A stretch of DNA of 63,825 nt, the filler included. It is 11 parts of 11 records of this genome, joined end to end, with 100 filler letters (N's around TTAATTAATTAA, not from the genome) between each part and the next. Parts side by side here need not be neighbours in the genome. Positions count along the whole stretch, not along the records: positions 57,421 to 63,825 come from SRR15195285_4067; 10 more parts are not named here. The stretch is one strand, 5' to 3'. A model generated the notes under the pieces. It was not told the origin of the DNA and did no database searches. It was given only the letters and a program-made list of their open reading frames with translations. A program made the position numbers and the translations under genes. This document shows positions 58,331-63,825 of this stretch, piece after piece; the first letter of the stretch is position 1, and the number at the start of each line of letters is the position of its first letter.

Positions 58331-61300
58331 TCATGTCATCGGCGAAGGCACAATGCCACCACGCACGTCGTCTAAATCACTCTGCACTCGAGACAGCTTG
58401 CGAGACAGCTGGGTTAGTGTTGCTGAAGCCCGAGCCTCAGAGCCAAAACTGGCGTCGCCCACATTGCCAATCGAATGCCCAGGTGATAGACTGGCATGCA
58501 GAACTGCCGTTGGCGGCGACTTAGGTGGTCTGTTGGCCAATGACCAATGGGAAGATGATGGTGTAGACGACTCAGGTCTGTGATAGTGCCAAGTACCGCT
58601 GTCGACATCGTACTGTGCACTCATCCCGCTGGCTATAGACGTGGAACTTGTAGCGCTTAGATTGGCCCTGGCGCGTCCCTCCATCTCTCGTAGCCTTCGC
58701 CGCATCTGCTCTAGTTGTTCGTTGGCGCTGCTCGGGGAATTGCCTTGCCTTGATGCCCTACCACTAGAGTGTGAGGATGTAGTGGTGGTTGTGGGCTCCA
58801 TCGTTGCAAGGCTCGTTTCTGCTGTAGATGTTTGACCATCATCAGCGGCTTGTTTCTTACCGATAGCAATTGCAGCGTGGCACTTGGCATCTGCAAGCTC
58901 GCCACGCCAGCGATTGGCATCGGCCTGCGCTTGCTCAACCACTGTTTTCATTTGTCCCGCATCGGCATGGGCGTGTTGGAGTTCAGTGCGGAGCCACTGA
59001 AGCTGCTCTTGGCACTCGGTGATCATACGTTCCGCCAGGGCCATGGAAGCCTCCCGCTGTGTTTGTTCATCCCGCAGCCGTTGCAGCTCCGGTCGATCCC
59101 TGGCTAGCTCGTCCTCTGCAAGTCCGCACTTAGAAGCAATCTTCGAGGCGTCACTTTCCAGAGCTTGATACCGACCTTGAAGCTCCTGCAACGCTTCGTA
59201 AGCGGCCTCTGCACGGGATTGTTGCTTCTTCAGCTCTTCTGGATTCGCCGGATTTGCATTCAGAGCAGCGCGCTCCTGCTCAAGCAGAGCTCGCTCTTCC
59301 TCAGCACCTTCCACCATCTGCATTAAGCGAGCACGAATTTCATGCGTCTCGACTTCTTGCTCCTGCTGCGCTCGCTCCGCTTCACTCGCACGCATGCGAG
59401 CAGCCTCAGCCTCAGCAGTCAATCTACGCAGCTGATGCTGGTATGGCACGACAAGGTCTTCTGCACTTTGTGCCCTCTGTACTGCAGAATCGCAGCGTGC
59501 CACCGCTTCATCACGAAGACGCATAAGCTCCTCTTGAGCGGCAGTGGCCTCAGTTTCTTTCAATGTGTATGATTTCTCACGAGCCTCAAGCTCAGCTCCA
59601 TGTGTCTTACGCAACTCAGATGCCATCGCAGCGAGCTGTTGCTCAGACTCGTGTTGTAGCTCTGCTATCTTCCGCTCGAGCTCTGCCTTCGGCAGCATCT
59701 CCGTGTTTGGTCGGGGTTCTGGCTCTGGTTCGGGCTCTGGACTGGGTTCAAAAACGCTGTCCGCACGCATGAGCTTCTGGAATTTCAACCTCAGTGCCTG
59801 TAGTTCCTCCTCAGCTTGGTCGCCCAGCTTCTTTTCAGCCATGATCACTTCGTCCGATTCTAGCTGATCGTCGCTTTTGCTGTTCTGATGCATCTGCGTG
59901 AAAATTTCCAAGATACGTTCGGCCCAGACTACCGCCCCTCCTGTCAAGCTTGCAGATGATGCGTCTTCCTGCATCTCAGTTCGAAGCTCCATGGCTTGGT
60001 GAGACGCTGCTGCTAACTGTGACTCAAGTTCATGGTGTCCAGCCCGTGTTTCTTGCAGGTCAGTCTCTGCTTGATGCAGCTGCTCAGCGGCTAGCTGCAA
60101 CTGTGTACTGTGGTCGCGAGAAGCTGACTCTGTCATGCCTTTGCTCAATGCAGTAATGACCTCATGAGCCTCTGCCAATTCGTACGCCACTGCTTTGTCT
60201 TTGGTCTTCTGCTGCACGTCAGTGGCAAACGCAGCCGTCTCCAATGTCTGAACCTGCTCCTCAAGCTCAGCTACACGTCTCTCAGCGATCTCAGCCCGCT
60301 CACGCTGCCACATCACCTCCTTTGTGCACTGCGACTTCAGCGCTTCCACAGCTCTGGATGTTACATCGCTTGCCAACTTGACAGTCTCGGTCTGACTAGC
60401 ACATGATGCAACCTCAGGTAGTACTGTCTTGACCACAGCACTATGACTCTGCAGGTACTGTATCTCTGCGAGTCGTTGATGCGCTGTCGCTACAGCAAGT
60501 GCATCAGACTTTGTCAGCTCAAGTGCCTCTTCGGTCTCCTGGAGGCGTTCTGTTAGATGTTTCACCGTGGCAGTCGCGTTCTGCACGAGGCTAGAATTGT
60601 TCGCTTGCATCTGGGCAACGTGTAGCTCAAGCTTAGCAATAAATGCGCAATTTGCATCGCACTCTGCTTCAGCTGCTTTAATCGCATCTTCATCGTTCTG
60701 CCAGGCAGTCAGAGCTCGCTCAAGGGACTGACGTCGCTCTCGCTCTTGAGCCATTTCTTCAGCTGCAGAATCTGACTGCTGCACCAGTGCTTGACACCTC
60801 ACGTCAGCGTCTGCCAACGCTCTGCGTTTTGCGGTCTCCACCCGTTGAACCTGCTGCTCCATTGCCTGGATCTTCTTGTCGTGATCTGCCTTAAGCTGAG
60901 CGATCTGATGGCGGAGCTGTTGAACAGTCGCATCCTCCTCGTTGTCTTGCTCGTCTTCCATTTCAGCATGCGAGACGAGGAACTTCGAGGAGTTCGCATG
61001 ATCCAGCATTGAGGGTGCTGCAGGTTGAATGTCAGACTCGACCTGCCTGCGTCGTGCCTGGACTCCTTCGAGTGGTTCAGTGTACACAGAGGTCTGGGTT
61101 TTTTCGTTATACCAGTATTCGTCACCTTCGTCATCGAAAAAAGAAACCCACGGGCTGCTTGGGTTCACACTCAATTCACCTGCAGTCACAGAAGGATTGG
61201 AAGACGAGGGTCCATCTGGGAGGATAGGATAGGGTGCCTTTGCATGCTCTGACCTTTTGGGCCCACTGTCGTTCAACTCAAGCAGCTTTGAAGTTTCTGC

Positions 61301-63325
61301 TGGGCTGTTTGGCGAGGGCAGAAGTGCAGGTGGCTCACCGGCGGGTTCCAGCGAACTTTTGCTCATCGATTGACCAGCTACAAGCTTTGTCTGTTCCTGC
61401 CCACCTTCTACCTGAAGAGACTTGACTTTCTGGGGTGCCAATGTTTCAAACCCATCGTCGACATCGTCGTCAACGAGTGGGACAGTTGCGGTCACAAGTC
61501 TGTCTTCATCATCAGACATCAGAGCGTCCTCAAGCATGTCAACGGTTTCTAGCATTGGTGATGCTAGATTGTCTGACACCAAGGACCGTGCGATTGATTC
61601 GGATCCCTCGTCATGTGGCTTGCTGTGTGCCGCCAGCTGTGCGGTTTGAATCTCAGGTGTCTGCAAATCTACCGCGTCTTTGCTAGATTTCGGTAAACTA
61701 GCTATCACCTCATGAGCTGGTGCCGCAGACGATTTCGGCGACTCTGTCACTTGCCTATCATCATTGGAAGTTATCTGTTGTAGCAGTACCGTGCCACTTC
61801 GAGAGACTAAACTGGTCCACCCATCATTCAAACGAACACGCACAGTTCCCTCCCACGCTCGAGCCTCTAGTGCTTCGACCACTTGTCCACGCTCCAAGTT
61901 CCCGATGACCTCAGAATCGAGGCTAACTGATGCTCGCAATGCTGCTTTTCGAGTGGCAGTGTAGCGACCAGTCACGGAGGAGTCTAGGAGATCGCCTTCT
62001 TCGTCCTCTCCCTGTGTTTGCTCCTTTTGCTCGTGCTCGTACTGTTTGATGGGTTCCGGTTCCGGTTCCGGTTGCTGGCTCTGATCGTTCGACGCAGTCT
62101 TGTCTGCCCTCGCCCCAGGGCTTTGGCTTCGCCGCTGTTTCTTCTGTTCTTGTTTGCGCCGCTTTGCCGCTGCCTTCTCTTCCTTCATCATCTTTATCAT
62201 CTCTTGCGCCTTGGCAGTCATCAGATCGCACACTTCCTGTCCCTGGGCACATGTGAATTCGATCATCTCGAAGCCTTCCTGATCAGGTACATGCTGTATT
62301 TGAAAACCTTTGGCAGTTGGGCCCCATGACTGGCATTGCTGATAAAGAAAATTGGCCACAGGTTGATCGTTCTTCCCGTACACCTGCAAGCTCATTCCGG
62401 ATGCCTGCACTTTTACCGTCTTCCGCTTCCACTTGGCATCAAACTTCGGATCAGGTTCTGGAATATCGAAAGTCGCAGGTGGCTCGTCACGAGAAGAGCG
62501 ATTGAGCTCTGCCTCATCAGGTGGTGGCCCTGGGGGCGGGGGTGTTTCATCGTCACTGGAGTCGCCACCTGGGGGCGGTGGCGGCGGCGGCGGTGGCATG
62601 CTTGGTGTACTTGGCGCTGTCTTACACGACTGGATGAATTGATCGAGCTCCGTTAGCGACATTTCCTGCAGCATGCTCACCATTTCATCCACCTCGCTGA
62701 CTCCAATGTTCTGCATGGCCTCCTTGACACGTAAGGTAAAGGCAGCGTAGCCCTTCGAGTCCAAAAATCCGGCAAGGTCGAGCTTCTTGGAAGACACAGA
62801 CTGTCTGAGGGCATGCTCTTCAGCGAGTATCGAGGCTTTCTCAGTCAAGACCTGGCAAAGCTTCTCGCCTCTGTCGCACGTGAAATTGAGCAGCTCGCCG
62901 TCAGCAAGTGTCAAGTCGAAGCCCTTCTCTGTTGATGTCCACGACAGCATATTCTGAAAAATCCATTTGTCCACTGGCTTTCCCTTCTTGTCAAATGTTT
63001 GCAGACCCATGCCCACGACCTCCAGCTCCAGTTTCTTTCGCCCCAGCTTGGCTTCGTAGCGCTCAGTGAGCGGCACTGGCACAGGCGACCCGCCGCGGCG
63101 ACGGCTGGTCGGGGATTGCGAGTCCCCATCGCTCTCGTCCTCGCTGTTTTGGGCTCCAGACGCGGGCACCAGTTCCGACGCATTCACCCAGGTCGATGCC
63201 TTGCCGCCGCTCGCGCTGAAGTCGACACGCATCCGCTGACCATCCCGCTTCTTGACCACGCCCTCCTGTTCGGGATCCTGCGCGAGCGCCACCAACGCAC
63301 CCACGGCGATGTCCTCCGGCACCAT
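58331..63325 (-). CDS. Large scaffold: SH3/Tudor-like N-terminus, 2x PH-like repeats, polyPro, SH3-like, WW domain, long coiled coil; intronless
   Basis: Repeated units YEAKLGRKKLELEVVGMGLQTFD..WIFQNMLSW and FDAKWKRKTVKVQASGMSLQVYG..FLYQQCQSW; GRYTATRKAALR..GNLERGQVVE..GWTSL; PWVSFFDDEGDEYWYNEKTQTSVYTEP; heptad-rich C-terminal half. Confidence 0.75.
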   Translation of the reverse strand: MVPEDIAVGALVALAQDPEQEGVVKKRDGQRMRVDFSASGGKASTWVNASELVPASGAQNSEDESDGDSQSPTSRRRGGSPVPVPLTERYEAKLGRKKLELEVVGMGLQTFDKKGKPVDKWIFQNMLSWTSTEKGFDLTLADGELLNFTCDRGEKLCQVLTEKASILAEEHALRQSVSSKKLDLAGFLDSKGYAAFTLRVKEAMQNIGVSEVDEMVSMLQEMSLTELDQFIQSCKTAPSTPSMPPPPPPPPPGGDSSDDETPPPPGPPPDEAELNRSSRDEPPATFDIPEPDPKFDAKWKRKTVKVQASGMSLQVYGKNDQPVANFLYQQCQSWGPTAKGFQIQHVPDQEGFEMIEFTCAQGQEVCDLMTAKAQEMIKMMKEEKAAAKRRKQEQKKQRRSQSPGARADKTASNDQSQQPEPEPEPIKQYEHEQKEQTQGEDEEGDLLDSSVTGRYTATRKAALRASVSLDSEVIGNLERGQVVEALEARAWEGTVRVRLNDGWTSLVSRSGTVLLQQITSNDDRQVTESPKSSAAPAHEVIASLPKSSKDAVDLQTPEIQTAQLAAHSKPHDEGSESIARSLVSDNLASPMLETVDMLEDALMSDDEDRLVTATVPLVDDDVDDGFETLAPQKVKSLQVEGGQEQTKLVAGQSMSKSSLEPAGEPPALLPSPNSPAETSKLLELNDSGPKRSEHAKAPYPILPDGPSSSNPSVTAGELSVNPSSPWVSFFDDEGDEYWYNEKTQTSVYTEPLEGVQARRRQVESDIQPAAPSMLDHANSSKFLVSHAEMEDEQDNEEDATVQQLRHQIAQLKADHDKKIQAMEQQVQRVETAKRRALADADVRCQALVQQSDSAAEEMAQERERRQSLERALTAWQNDEDAIKAAEAECDANCAFIAKLELHVAQMQANNSSLVQNATATVKHLTERLQETEEALELTKSDALAVATAHQRLAEIQYLQSHSAVVKTVLPEVASCASQTETVKLASDVTSRAVEALKSQCTKEVMWQRERAEIAERRVAELEEQVQTLETAAFATDVQQKTKDKAVAYELAEAHEVITALSKGMTESASRDHSTQLQLAAEQLHQAETDLQETRAGHHELESQLAAASHQAMELRTEMQEDASSASLTGGAVVWAERILEIFTQMHQNSKSDDQLESDEVIMAEKKLGDQAEEELQALRLKFQKLMRADSVFEPSPEPEPEPEPRPNTEMLPKAELERKIAELQHESEQQLAAMASELRKTHGAELEAREKSYTLKETEATAAQEELMRLRDEAVARCDSAVQRAQSAEDLVVPYQHQLRRLTAEAEAARMRASEAERAQQEQEVETHEIRARLMQMVEGAEEERALLEQERAALNANPANPEELKKQQSRAEAAYEALQELQGRYQALESDASKIASKCGLAEDELARDRPELQRLRDEQTQREASMALAERMITECQEQLQWLRTELQHAHADAGQMKTVVEQAQADANRWRGELADAKCHAAIAIGKKQAADDGQTSTAETSLATMEPTTTTTSSHSSGRASRQGNSPSSANEQLEQMRRRLREMEGRARANLSATSSTSIASGMSAQYDVDSGTWHYHRPESSTPSSSHWSLANRPPKSPPTAVLHASLSPGHSIGNVGDASFGSEARASATLTQLSRKLSRVQSDLDDVRGGIVPSPMT

Positions 63326-63630
63326 ACTGCTCGGTTCTGCCCGCCACGACCGACCAATCTCGACCACGTGACCGCCCAGTACCAGCACCGCTGCCCGATC
63401 GACTCAGCTGCTCTGGGGGACAGTATGTCCCGAATTACAGACCGATGGTCTGTCTCTCCCACTGCCGACCAGCACTCCCGCCAGTGCAGATATCGAGCTG
63501 GACGACGCTCTCCGATGACTTGACTGGGAGAAATGACTGTGATGAGCGCTAGCAACAGTCAGTCACCTGCACTCGATCGGCGTGGATGACCGACTCTTCT
63601 CTGCCAGCGCCGCCATGCCCATGGGTGTGC

Positions 63631-63686
63631 CGGAAGGTACGCCTACGCGCCAACGGAAGGTACGCGCCAACGGAAGGTACGCGCCA
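63631..63686. repeat. Short tandem repeat, three copies of CGGAAGGTACGC (17-nt period for the last two)
   Basis: Copies at 63631, 63654 and 63671. Confidence 0.8.
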
Positions 63687-63825
63687 CGAGCCAACTGCTG
63701 CCTGATGACCGCCACCGGGTCAACGTCAACGTCGGCGGTTGGGACTCAGCACTCACGAGCAGACCTGCTCACCTCGCCCGGGTACACCCTACACCGTACA
63801 GTGAATCATGTGTATTAATCACAAG

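Noticed and set aside
1-63825. CRISPR arrays, rRNA genes, prokaryotic promoters/terminators
   Set aside because: No repeat-spacer arrays or rRNA-like sequence seen; the DNA is eukaryotic.

Overview
This window is not one locus. It is 11 unrelated eukaryotic contigs (about 3.6-7.5 kb each) joined by ten artificial 100-nt spacers (N44-TTAATTAATTAA-N44), so adjacency across spacers means nothing. The DNA is GC-rich and gene-dense, with short (about 70-210 nt) GT-AG introns that often carry CTGAC/CTAAC branch sites, and it uses the standard genetic code. It looks like a free-living unicellular eukaryote; I cannot assign the lineage. I reconstructed about 17 protein genes by hand-splicing: a giant lectin/CUB mosaic protein, phenylalanine hydroxylase, a STIMATE-7TM-PIP kinase fusion, a Sec14/CRAL-TRIO protein, an FG-GAP propeller receptor, a fused GlpA-like/flavoprotein oxidoreductase, an ARM-TIR protein, eIF3j, a coiled-coil/Calx-beta protein, an alphaproteobacterial-type aminotransferase, an ABCB half-transporter, a beta-lactamase-fold/beta-propeller fusion, a GH65, a Piezo-like channel, an IQ protein, an EF-hand CNBD K+ channel, a JmjC fragment and a PH/SH3/WW coiled-coil scaffold, plus a decayed DDE transposase. 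The most notable signals are unusual membrane-signalling architectures: STIMATE fused ahead of a GPCR-PIPK (whose kinase carries a frameshift and a nonsense codon), a WWE domain inserted in Piezo, and EF-hands inserted at the CNBD of a K+ channel. Also notable are bacterial-type genes that have gained introns, one flanked by a 10-bp direct repeat. All domain calls come from motif recognition by eye, not from database searches.
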